Source of the DNA: Antedon mediterranea
Lineage: Eukaryota; Animalia; Echinodermata
Direction of reading: 5' to 3'
Assembly: GCF_964355755.1 (NCBI RefSeq)
Contig: NC_092670.1
Location: 20,756,795 to 20,820,794, forward strand
DNA length: 64,000 bases
The position numbers and the translations under genes are program-made. Shown piece by piece: positions 52,296-64,000 of this stretch. The notes beneath the pieces are model-generated. The model ran no database searches and was not told the origin of the DNA. It worked only from the letters and a program-made list of their open reading frames with translations. Positions within the stretch are counted from its first letter, which is position 1. Each line of letters begins with the position of its first letter.

Positions 52296-55200
52296 TTAAC
52301 TATTATTGAAAACATTACAATTATTGATTGTGAGACTTACGATTCATTCTGACAATAATCTCTGGTCAGTCTCTCAAAATGTCTTTATTATTTAGAGAAA
52401 AGATAAATAGAAGTTGTTTTTATCAACAAAACTTAACCAGTCTATCTGCAGGTCTCAATCATGGACAATTTAGATTATAGAAGGAAATCTAACCTACTCC
52501 AACTGGCTTACATTTTATTTACACACATCTAAAATAAATTATAAAATAAGTACGAACAAAAATTGATAATAAAATGATAATTGCCTAAGTGGTAAAATCC
52601 ACCAAGCCAGGAATCTTTTAATTGAAATTCATTCAAATGTGATTCAAAATAAATTTCGTCGGACGGCAAACAAACAACAACAACAATTTCTTAGTAGCCT
52701 ACAGATCTACTATGAATATTGTAGTAATATAAGGAGATGTTAATCCGTGTTACAAATAATATCACAGGCCTAACTGACTACTACATCTTGTTGCAATGTA
52801 TGTGCATGGAGAAATAACTTATTTCTTCATGGTGTCTACGCTAGTAGTACATTAAACTTCTACAGTATAAAATGTAACGAGCGGTATTTCCAGTAGACGG
52901 GCTCTCGGATAAAAGGATCTAAGCATGGAGTAAATAATATTTCTTATTCTTTACTACAGGATCTAAAAATAATTAATGAGTAAACATTTAATCAAGACCT
53001 ACCTTCTGTATTTTTGATAAGAAATGTAAATAAATATAGCTATTTAATTTCCGTTTATCTAACACTTCAAATGGTTTTAAATGACTGATCGTGCAGTCAA
53101 GTTCATGGTCTGCTGTACTCTCTGAAATAAACAATACGACTCGATATATATCATGTGACAATGACATCACACCGTTCATTACATCGTCACCGTTTTCTGG
53201 AAGCTTCTATACTATTCTTTTCAATACTCGACTTATGTTGACTGTTTATATTGTATTTTTACCGTACGCTTAGGCCTATTTATTAAATACACTGTCAGTG
53301 TGTAATACAAGTTTGTTTATTTTACGTTTAAATCGGTCGCACACTAGATTTTTTTAATTTTTTTTTTCGAAATATGATGGAAAAAATATAATAAAAGATA
53401 AATATGGGCCTACCTAAATAAAAGAGAATTAGCCACTTAATTACATTTTGAATAAATAGGTCTCATTTCAATTTAATGTTAGGACTACAGCCTTATACCA
53501 AGGCAATCATAATTGATTGATTAGATAAAGATGACAAACATATATATTGATACATAATTTATTAATTTCAGTAAATCGTTGCTATTTCTCATCGTTTTAT
53601 AGGTGTACACAATATTAAAAGTCTTTTATTTTTTATTGGAGTTGTTTTTTTTGTCATGAACCGGATTTAAAGGTAGGCCTTGATCGTATGATGTTTGTAT
53701 GAATGGAACCGAATTTACATGCATGGAAAATCCAAAAATACTATGAATGTGTATTGCGTAATAATATGACGCATGGTACAATAATAGGCCATTCATGAAA
53801 ATTTGAATAAAGAAATTCCAATCAGTTTAATTGTTGAACGAGAGAAATATTGACTGGTTCTGGGGAAAAAAGTAATATGCCCATTTTTTTTCTCTAGTGG
53901 TAAATCGCTTTCTGCGTAGGCCCTACTGAAAGTTTTCCCATCACATTATTTGAATCACACAGTCAATGCTAATGCCCTTTCTTCAAAACTGAACTGTGAT
54001 GGCAATAACATTAGCCTACTGTCAACCACATTTTAACAAGAAATTATTTCTTAATAAAAAAAATTATTGTAATTAATATTAGTGTAATTACGACTGTTAA
54101 TCAACTATGAGCAAAATCACTTTTAAAAGAGGAGTGGCCCTTGTCAGAGTTTTCATCAGCATCAATCTTGTCTTTATTTTTTACGTTTTTAAACTATCAG
54201 CCTAACTACACCACCCTCAAAACACACATGCCACTTCCTTGTTAACAGTGGTAGTTTGTAGTTATTAGTTACCATAGATATATACTACTATCTCTATGGT
54301 AATACTGCAGTAAGTAATGAGTGAAATGAAGCCTATTATGAATGTTACTATCTATATTCAATGGGGGAAACATTTGAAAATTTCAATTGTGTCATCTGAC
54401 AGTATTATACGTACCGATCCATATTGTAATTCGGTGCCAATCACAACGTTGAATCATATATTACGTCAATACATAGGCCTACACAATACACATTATTATT
54501 TAAGATAGTTATTATTATTATTATTAACAATACGCTGCGTATACTCCCAGTGATAGATTTATTGTCCTATTGTTGCTTGTATAAATAGTTTTCGTTTCGT
54601 AATAGCAAATACCACCGAAGGCCTAACCTGCATGATTTGCTTTCTGTTATATACTACGTAAGTTATACATTATCGGAATGTGTTTTTAATATCCAAAAAA
54701 AAAATTTGCACCTTAACTGGAGGATGATTCCAATATCGGAAAACTCCCGCAATATCAGGAGTGGGAAGTCTTATCCTAAGTACAGTTAGTATATTAGCAT
54801 GAAGTGTCTAATTATTACTCCATACAAGATACAAGTCTACTTTATTGTCAACATTTTACAATGTTGAGATATGTTTTGTACCATAGTAGATCGTTAAACA
54901 ATACAGTGATGAATATTTAAATAAATGATAATACAAGTTACTATATCTTTTAAGTTTTGATAAATTGCATGCCATGTACAGTCTTGAAAATATGCTGAAA
55001 CGGTTAGTGTGAAAATTGTTTTTTTTTCAAATACAAATTTGAAAAAAAAAATTCAGGGGGACAATATATCTTTCTCTAAATAACTGTTACGTCAACAAGC
55101 GAAGGGCGTTTTTTGTAAAAAATATTTCTTGATTTTACAATAACCTCTTTAGTTTTCTTGGCATAGGCCTATGAGTGTGCGTCATAAATCAAGCGTTTGC

Positions 55201-55958
55201 ACCGGAGTTGTTCCGAGTAGTGGAGTGCAGTATGGATTAGCGATTAAACATTAATCATTAAAAAAGAAATGACACTTGTATAAACATATATGTGCATTAT
55301 TTTATTGAAAGATTTTGTTATAAATTAAACCGTAACAAACGTTTAAATATAAAAATGTCAATTTACTTAATAAAATATACTAGCATACTATACACCTTAT
55401 ATTAATATTCAGCCTATATTTAACATTTTTACAAATTTACAATAGTTCATTCATTCTCATTTCAAAGTCTTTAATGAAAATCAAGTACTGTTTTTTTGGA
55501 ATATTTTCACTTTCCTATGAAATGAAGATAGGGCAATGAATAGTTTTAAAAACACGGCCAACTCCCTCTCCAGGGGACACTGTATTGTTGGGGTGGGGCA
55601 GGGGGGGGGGGTGTGTCTACTGGGGTGGGGGTGTAACAATGCCAATCTGGGAGTAAGAAGAATGTATTCATATTCCAAGCAATTAAATATTTTGTGTCAT
55701 CCAAATTATACTTAATTTAATTACAAATCATTGCAGTATTTAAAAATAATTATGCAGTTTCTTATTACTTTTAATACAGCGGTCATTTTACGTAATGCAA
55801 TTTTCTCAATCTTCATGATTTCAACGTAGGACATTGAAAGAAAGTACAGTAAATGCAGAACAGATCCTCGTTCTGTTATGTGCGTCGTATCCGCCGATTT
55901 CTTTCGTCAATAAAAAAGCAAGTTGTTTTCCTTTTTTATTTTATTTGTTTATTTTACA

Positions 55959-57319
55959 TCATACCATATCAGATGGAGCCTGGTCCGCCACCGGTTTATG
56001 TGGAATGGTTTCTATAGGTTTTCCAGAGATAGGTCTTGCAGTTTGGTTTTTAAGTTTGTTTGTGTTTCTTTTACACCGTCTGTTTAAGTAGAACAACCCA
56101 ATACATACCAATATTATGACTGCGAAAACCGGTATACAAATCAGAATGATGTTCCATTTACCTACAAACAAAGAAAATTAATGAAAAAAGGAGGTAATAC
56201 GGAATTTAAAAATGTAGGCTAAAAATGTTACTGATGAATTGTAACGACATTTAGAATTAACAAAAATGTGAATAAAAGTGGTGTTTGCACCACAAAAGAG
56301 AAGAAAAATAAAATAAAAATGTATCACAAATGGACTATAGTCAAAGGAAATGGGTCTATCTGCCGTAAACTACTACATTTTGTCTATTTACTTACTAGTG
56401 CCACTAGTAATGCTATCACTATGAGGAATCAATGTTTCTGCTATAACTCCTGGAGGTACAGTAGTCATTGTAGTTAACGTAGGCCTAGTAGTAATGTAAT
56501 TAGGCCTAGTAGTAGTAATAACTGTTGTTGGTATTAAAAGTATGGAAGTAGGTGACACCAAGCCTATAAAAAAGTAGAAAAAATAATGTCATTATTACAT
56601 TGACATAAACGTCAAACGATGTTTTTTTTTTTAAATTGTACTGCAATTAGAATAAGTTGAGTGATCAGTAAACAATGGAATAGTGAATTTCAATATGGAC
56701 AGCAATATAAACAGTCTTACCTGGACATTTGTCGGTGCATTTAGTAACATCAAAGAAGCCAGAGTCTTTACTGCACCATATCTCACACGGGTCACACACG
56801 CCTGTTCCCTCGTTACAGTATGTCATTGGAAAATCTAAGCATCTATTGGAACATGCATCAAGCACCACAGGCTCTACAAAATACAAATATAATATAGGCC
56901 GATGGTTATGTAACTGCGCTCCACGTTAACGCGTAAAAAAGTAAGCTTTAGAATGACAATAATTCTGTACAGCGATAAATTCTTTGTGATTTTTGTGTGA
57001 TGTAAGATAAATAATAAAACAACGCAATTTCTGTTTCTGGTCTAAACCTACACTTACGTAATTTTTACTATATCCAACATCTCTTTTCAAAGACCAATGA
57101 AATCTTACCATCTAAACATCCAAGAGATTCACATTTGTTTTCACTATAAAATTGCGAATCGTCTTCGCAATATATGTTGCAGTTCTCACATATCGCTGTG
57201 AGTTTGTTGCAGTAAACATACTTAAATTGTTGACAACGATTATTACAAACGTCAACCGCCAATGACATCCAGTGATTGAACATAAAGGAGAGAATTACAA
57301 GAGCAGTTTTACACGACAT
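55959..57319 (-). CDS. Type I membrane protein with two 8-Cys Grindelwald/TNFR-like CRDs, Thr/Pro stalk, TM and short tail (copy 2)
   Basis: Phase-1 exons 57109-57319 (signal peptide plus CRD1), 56721-56873 (CRD2), 56396-56563 (mucin stalk) and 55959-56161 (TM IILICIPVFAVIILVCIGLFYL then NRRCKR). The C-terminus could alternatively splice at ATG|GTATGA. Confidence 0.8.
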
Positions 57320-58526
57320 GGTGGTTAATTCGTGACAGCAAAGGAAAAAAACCTGTAGTAGTGACTGACATGAGATTATATTTGTTAACAACTATATTTC
57401 CTTTTAGAATATCAGATATATTAATGATAATAGGACTTTTATTTTTGAATCATCAGCTATAATTATATCTTTGGTTTATCCCATTGTGACGTCATAGTGC
57501 GCCGTGTGACAGAAGTCTAAGAGCATATCAATAACAAATGAAGTTCTAAACTTACATTCAATTGTTAATGGGAAATTCTCGAAAATTAGGCCTATTAGGC
57601 GCACCTAGGCTATCTTTATCAAATCGTATCTGAAAAACGAACACTGTACTTAAATATAATTGAAGATCTATTAGGCCTGGTCTATGGATACAGGCATATA
57701 TTTTAATCGGAAGCGGTATTTCCAATATATTTATATACATTATATTTAATCAATCAAAATAATCATGTGATGTTTGACTGTGAACAAATGTTTCGTGTTG
57801 GAATTTTTAAATTACTATTTTAGCTTACACAAGTAGGGTTATTAGCGGTACATTGGATTTTCCAAGCCTTCAGCTCTGTCTACACTATCAAACTAGTTTG
57901 ACTATCACATGTTTGTCAGTCAGAGCTTTAAATTCGGTCTCATTCACAAATCGAATTATTTCATCATTACGTCAGACACAGACAATATAAAAATAAGGCG
58001 CGTTTTTCAAAATAGTTATACCAGGAACGAGTAAAATTACATATCTGAATAGCATATTCAATCATTTTTAATAAAGATAAAGACATTTTGTTAAAATTAT
58101 TAAACAATACCCTTTTTGGTGTGAAAGGGGAACAACAAAATTGAGCTGATTGGAGATATTCATTCTCTTATAACACGTGGAGTAGAACGCCTCAAATATA
58201 ATAAACCCTACTATTCCATTAGTAACATGAACTCTTCGTTCAAAGTTGCAGGCTTTAAAATAATATGGAAGCTTAAAATGTTCAATCTCTCCATCCGGTT
58301 TTTCACCATCCCATTTAGTTGCGCCTTATAAGACCATCGCGATTAAACACTAGCTATTGAAACCAAATTTATAAACAAGTTGATCATATAACTTAATATA
58401 AAATATTGTTTTAAATTTTTAATAGTCGAAACGAATCACTAGTTTTAGAATAAACAATATTTGACTTACCGTTCGTATTGGTTCTTTGTACTGCTTGCTT
58501 GTTACTTGATTGTCAGACAGTAATGT

Positions 58527-59131
58527 ACCGCCGGGTGTTGGTCAATCTCAGCTAAACGACGTTGGTATGTTAAAAGTCCAAGACCGTGTCGAATTTCTTA
58601 GAGTCTGTCATGTTTTTAAAATATATAATCATTGTTGTCCACCTTATTTATGCAATCGTTTTATTAGAATTTCAGACAGTCATAATTACAATACTAGGGG
58701 ATGCAATTTTAATTTTAGAATCCCAACTATCAAGCCAATGGTACATGTGACCTTTTTTTACAATGCTATTAAAGAATGGAATAATTTACCAATTAACATT
58801 AAGGAATCACAAACTGTTTGTTGTTTTAAAAGTAAAGTTAAAAAGTATCTACAGGAACGTTTACTAGCTCTAGAAACTATTTAATTAGCGCTTCTTCTTT
58901 TTTCGATTGTCCTTTTTTGCTGTTTTTTTGTAATTTTTATATGTTGCATTGTTTGTCGTTTTTGCTGTTCTTTCAAAGGACCTCGTTGGAAAAAAGTCCG
59001 TAGAGGACTTTTATGAGTTATCCTTGGCATCCTTGTTTTATTTTGGTATTTTTATATTTGCCAATTTTAATTGTATGTCTGTGATTTTTTATGTACTGAT
59101 GCCGAAATAAATCAAATCAAATCAAATCAAA
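58527..59131 (+). mobile_element. 5'-truncated CR1/Crack-group LINE
   Basis: HNYNTRG..FFYNAIKEWNNLPINIKE..FKSKVKKYL, then a T-rich 3' UTR, AATAAA and a (TCAAA)n tail. Confidence 0.8.
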
Positions 59132-60108
59132 AATTCATTCACTATTACTTGTTTTGTGATCATGGGTAGCATGTTTCTGTGTTCTTTACCACAGGTAACA
59201 GTGCGCGTGCATGCCTATTAGCATAGGTAGGAAATACACATGTTTTCTACAGTTTCTTATCGCCAGCATCAAAACGATTGGAATTGTACTGGGAAGGTTT
59301 TACACTATCTTACTAAATTCTATTAATTAAAAACATAAATGAATAAATAGGGCCTATAATATTTTTTTTTTAAATAGCCGGCCTATTCTATTTTATTCTA
59401 CTAATACTTTATTCTTAATGAGTTTTTTTTTAGTTTATAGTTAATCATGAAAAATACCAACATAATGAACTACAGTACGGTTTACAGACACACAGAGAAA
59501 CATGTACAATATTCATGATATTATTATTTTTTAATATTTAAATCTATTATATTTATGTCAAATAATAATTATATGTTGTTATAAATATATAGTACATATA
59601 AAATATAAAATAAGTTTACCATTGACCAGTTACAAAACAAAGATATTTCAAAGATATATAACTTATCCTAATATATTATTTTTTTAAATCGTTATATAAA
59701 TACATACATATTACAATATATACATAAATCTTAAACTTTAATCTTCTGTCTAAATCGATATAAATATCAAAGTATTGCATTTTTTTAAATACAAGGCAAA
59801 ATTTATTAAAATGAATAAAGTACTGTATTTATAAGTTGCTATCGTACAGAAACTGCTGCATTATTTATTGTAAAAGGCCTAACGGATGATGTAGTTCCTA
59901 TGGATCGATAAATTATAAAAAAAATAAGTCCAATCCGAAAAAATGCATACATCATTCTTGGCCTAAACAATCTTTGTCCTTCATAATATTGATATATTCT
60001 CAGTTCTTTATCTATATATTTTGGACGAATATTTGTTTAGTTTATTTTCTCAAACAAACAACCACATGCATTTATATATCTAAATTAATTGTAAATACAG
60101 ATATATAA

Positions 60109-60650
60109 CGTGGTATATTTTAATTTACCACTGATGATTTTGTTCCAGTGATGGTGACAGGAGTTCAACTGGATCGTCTACCGATGCAGTTTGATTCGGC
60201 TGCAGGGATGATGATTCATCAGTGGTATATTATGTTAATTTACCAGTAGACTGGACGGAGCGTCATCATTCACCGGCTTGTGCTGATGATTTTGTTGATG
60301 TGATGGTGACAGGAGTTCAACTGGATCGTCTCCGATGCAGTTTGATTCGGCTGCAGGGATGATGATTCATTATCAGTGGTATATGTCAATTTACCAGTAG
60401 ACTGGACGAAGCGTCATCCTTTACCGGCTTGTGCTGATGATTTTGTTGCTGTGATGGTGACAGGAGTTCAACTGGATCGTCTACCGATTTGATTCGGCTG
60501 CAGGGATGATCATTCATTATCAGTGGTATATTTTAATTTAGCAGCAGACTGGACGAAGCGTTATCATTCACCGGTTTGTGCTGATTTTGTTCCTGTGCTG
60601 GTGACCGAGGTTCAATTGTATCCTCTACTGATGCAGTTTGAATCAGGGAT
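60109..60650 (-). repeat. Tandem ~150-bp repeats of the terminal coding segment of receptor copy 3
   Basis: Recurring GATGGTGACAGGAGTTCAACTGGATCGTCT..GATTCGGCTGCAGGGATGAT..CAGTGGTATAT blocks, homologous to the last codons and stop of the CDS. Confidence 0.85.
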
Positions 60651-62087
60651 GATGGATAATCTGTAGGCCTATGGCTAGTTTCAGGGTTAGTTTCAGGGTT
60701 TGTATCAGGTGTCACTTCATCGGCTTGTCTAAAAAGTGGACGCGTAGGTGCAAGAACTGTTAGCCCTACGATAAAAGTTAGAACAAATTAAAAATTCCGC
60801 TTTAGAAATGTTGAGCCAACTATGGCTTAACTAACTGGTTATTTAACCATATAAAAATGCAAATAACAATCAACTTACTTTCTACATTGTTTGGCAAATT
60901 AATTTTACTATATCTACGTCGATAGATGAAAACGATAAGTAGGACTATAAGCACCAATAGTACGATGGCTGCGAATACCATCATACCAATGAACATGTTT
61001 TGGCCTGTAAAGAACAAAGTATACATCAATAATATAATATGACATAACAAATTCATTAATGATATTGTTTTATATTGTGCATTCTGAACGTAGGCCACTG
61101 ATTAGCTAATTCTTAAACAAATCAAGGAAGAAAACTCTTTCGTAAGGACTGTTACCACTTTTTTTTTAAATAGAAAATAGGGTGTGGAAGAATTTACTTT
61201 ATAGAAGACCTACTATTGTCACTTGTAATAGCATCATGCACAGGCTCTGCTTGTGTTGTAGAATATGTAATAGATGCTGTAGTAACAGCAGTAGCAACAG
61301 TAGAAGAAGGAGTAAATATTTCATCTGGTGTTGATAATTCTATCGGAGTAGGTGATACCATTCCTGTTAAAAAGCGTTAAAAATGCTATTCATTTACATA
61401 TTGGTATCAACGTTATACGAGGTTCATTTTTCTTGAGTGCAGGAGTAAACAATAGACCACTTTTAGCAGTAGTGAATTTTAATGGATATAGCAATATCAA
61501 CACAACCTTACCTGGACATTTGTCGGTACATTTAGTAACATCAAAGAACACGGAGTCTTTACTGCACCATATCTCACACGGGTCACACACACCTGTTCCC
61601 ACGTTACAGTATGTCATTGGAAAATCTAGACATCTATTGGAACATGCATCAAGCACCACAGGTTCTACAAAATGCAAATAATATAGGCCGATGTAACTAC
61701 GCTCCGCGTTGATTGAATTGAAATATATATTTATATTTCAATTCAATGATTTTTGTGTGATGTAAGATAAATAATAAAACAACAAAATTTCTGTTTCTGG
61801 TCTAAACCTACACCTACGTAATTTTTACTATGAATACAACATCTCTTTTGAAAGACAAATCAAATCTTACCATCTAAACATCCAAGAGATTGACATTTGT
61901 TTGAATTATAAAATTGCGAATCTTCCTCACAATATATGTTACAGTTCTCACATATTGCTGTTAGTTCGTTGCAATATACGTACTTAAATTGTTGACAACG
62001 ATTGTTACAAACGTCAACCGCCAATGTTATCCAATGATTACATATAACCAAGAGAATTACAAGAGCATTTTTTATCAACGTCATCAT
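60533..62087 (-). CDS. Type I membrane protein with two 8-Cys Grindelwald/TNFR-like CRDs, Thr/Ser stalk, TM and tail with PAQE motif (copy 3)
   Basis: Phase-1 exons 61871-62087, 61512-61664, 61214-61363, 60879-61004 (TM MFIGMMVFAAIVLLVLIVLLIVFIY then RRR) and 60533-60765 (tail ..TASVEDTIEPRSPAQEQ..LLLN*). Confidence 0.82.
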
Positions 62088-62421
62088 GGTTGATGAAAAA
62101 TGTGTAGGCCTATCTGACAGAAACGATGAGGAAATATTAACCTGCAGTAGAAAAAAAGAGAAGGTGATTAAGCAAACTTTTGTTAATATATTGATTTCCT
62201 TTTAAAATACAAAGTACTGTACGGTAATATATGTAATTATGTTCTGAGTCATCAAGTTATTTCCGTAATGTGCGTAATTCCCCGTGAAGCATATGCCTGT
62301 AATGTGACGTCAGTTAAAGTTATCAATGAAACGCCCACCCACGTCACGCGATCGAATGCATTTCCGGTAACGTCATTGTATACGGTATTATTACATTTGT
62401 TTGAAAACCTATAGGCAGAAG

Positions 62422-62775
62422 AGGAGATGGGGTGTGGTGGTTGGAGATGGGGTGGGGTAGTTGGAAATGCGGTGGGTGGAGATGGCTGTGGTGGTTGGAG
62501 ATGGGGTGGGGTATTGGAGATGGGGTGGGGTATTGGAGATGGGGTGGGGTGGTTGGAGATGGGGTGGGGTGGTATGAGAGTGAGAGGAGTGGTTGGAGAT
62601 AGGGTGGGGTGGTATGAGATGTGGTGGTTGGAGATAGGGTGGGTTGGTATGAGAGGGGTGGTTTAAGAGGGGAGGGTGGGGTATGAGATGGGGTGGTTGG
62701 AGATAGGGTGGGGTGGTTGGAGATGGGATGGGGTGGTATGAGAGGACTTGTTGGAGATAGAGTGGAAATCAGTGG
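62422..62775 (+). repeat. G-rich minisatellite (GGAGATGGGGTGGGGTGGTT-like), G-quadruplex-prone
   Basis: Directly visible degenerate ~20-bp units with GGG/GGGG runs. Confidence 0.85.
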
Positions 62776-63337
62776 TGGAGAAAGCTGTTTTTGAGGAAAT
62801 CCACTGTCTAAAAATTGCAACATTTTAGATTATTAAACAAAATTGAGCTGATTGGCGATATTCATTCTCACTTAAAGCGTGTGGAGTAGAACGCCTAAAA
62901 ATAACGATACCCTACTATTCCATTAGTAATTCCGTCGTTCCTATTCGCCAACATTTCAATTGCTTCATTCAAAACTAGATATCGATCTCATTTTTTTACA
63001 AAACTAAAATAATTTTTCCCAATTTATTTCCTATTCAAGACAGGACAATGCAAAACAAGGTTTTTCTTTTACCTGTGTAATCCTGGATAAAGATGTTGTA
63101 ATATATGAAGTTCTAAACTTAAACTGGTCATTCTCTCTACACCCTTTTCCTAACTTTCCCCTCCCCATTAAACTTGCGCCTATGAGTGTTTGAAACGTAG
63201 GCCTACCTCTAAAATAAAGTGGGGGCAGACCATCGTGTGATTAACTATAGCTATTCAAATCAATTTATCATAACTTAACATTAATTATTTTAAAGTGAAT
63301 CACGTACTAGTTTTAGAATAAATAATATTCGACTTAC

Positions 63338-63490
63338 CTTTCGTATTGGTCCTTCGTACTGCTTGAATGTTACTTGATTGTCAGGCAGTGATGCAATGAT
63401 TGAATGATATAAAATGATAAAATAGATATATATATAGTATTGGTTATCGCTACTATAAATAGTACAATACGAGTAAAATGGGTATTTCCC
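63338..63490 (-). promoter_or_regulatory. Putative non-coding exon 1 and upstream kappaB-like site of receptor copy 3
   Basis: Donor AG|GTAAGTC near 63337, with a matching G|GTAAGTC donor in the paralogous block at about 58468; GGGTATTTCCC at 63480-63490. A perfect CRE, TGACGTCA, lies upstream of the first coding exon in both paralogues (57487-57494, 62305-62312). Confidence 0.4.
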
Positions 63491-64000
63491 TTTTATTTAG
63501 TATGAGGGCGCGCTCATTTATGCTGTCAAGCAACATTGATAGGAGGTCTGTGTAGCATGGCCTACGGTTGTACAGGGCTTATCGAAGCATTTTGACCGAA
63601 ACATACACTTTCTCAATTTTAGTTTACTGCAATTATTTAAAATGACACAAAATGCAATTTGACATATAATTCAAAAATTGGTTCTGATATTGTTTGTTTT
63701 GGTTTTGTACCAGGGATTCACATAATTACTGCCACCATATACAGTACTTTATAACGTTAGGTCTACAAAAAAAATAAAAAATCAATTATCGACCTTTTTT
63801 TTACGAGTGGGCCAATGTTTTTGTTTATCGCTAATGTCCATCGCATTCACTCACATTGTATGAAACCCGTAAGGCTTCACATTTTCAGAGCAAATTAATG
63901 TTATCAGACTAAAGTTTAATTCATGTCGCTGAAATACAAAATGTTATATTAAGTAGAAAAATAGGTCTCACTAATATCTTTACACAAATATTACCAGAAA

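Noticed and set aside
61214-61363. Possible frameshift in the stalk exon of receptor copy 3
   Set aside because: On recount the exon is 150 nt, phase 1-1, and open throughout.
62344-62823. 159-aa Pro/His/Thr-rich ORF and its Gly/Trp-rich antisense ORF
   Set aside because: Both are translations of the G-rich minisatellite, with no domain or splice support.

Overview
AT-rich, intron-containing animal genomic DNA; the repeat content suggests a marine invertebrate, possibly a deuterostome such as an echinoderm (inference). All genes are on the minus strand. (1) About 130-40,000: a class XV unconventional myosin (motor, 3 IQ, MyTH4, Pro/Gln-rich linker, SH3, MyTH4, FERM). I traced 47 coding exons by GT/AG sites with consistent phase; the gene runs off the left edge. 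(2) 45629-47164: an IAP E3 ligase (BIR-BIR-UBA-RING) whose CDS lies in one exon, with a TATA box and a kappaB-like palindrome at the putative promoter. (3) 49.8-62.1 kb: three tandem type-I membrane protein genes with 8-Cys domains spaced like the Grindelwald TNF-receptor CRD. Two are intact, with near-identical double-CRD ectodomains but unrelated tails; one is a pseudogene. Together with the IAP these look like a compact TNF-receptor/IAP signalling cluster, my best candidate for an undescribed system. Notable non-genic structure includes four CAG..CTG TIR elements stacked at one 8-bp target, probable P-type excision footprints, a near-identical inverted 605-bp TTAA-element pair bracketing two myosin exons, Deu/Nin-type tRNA SINEs, a degenerate hammerhead ribozyme, a 40-bp satellite, LINE fragments and about 11 copies of one MITE. 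All family assignments come from motif recognition only; no database search was possible.
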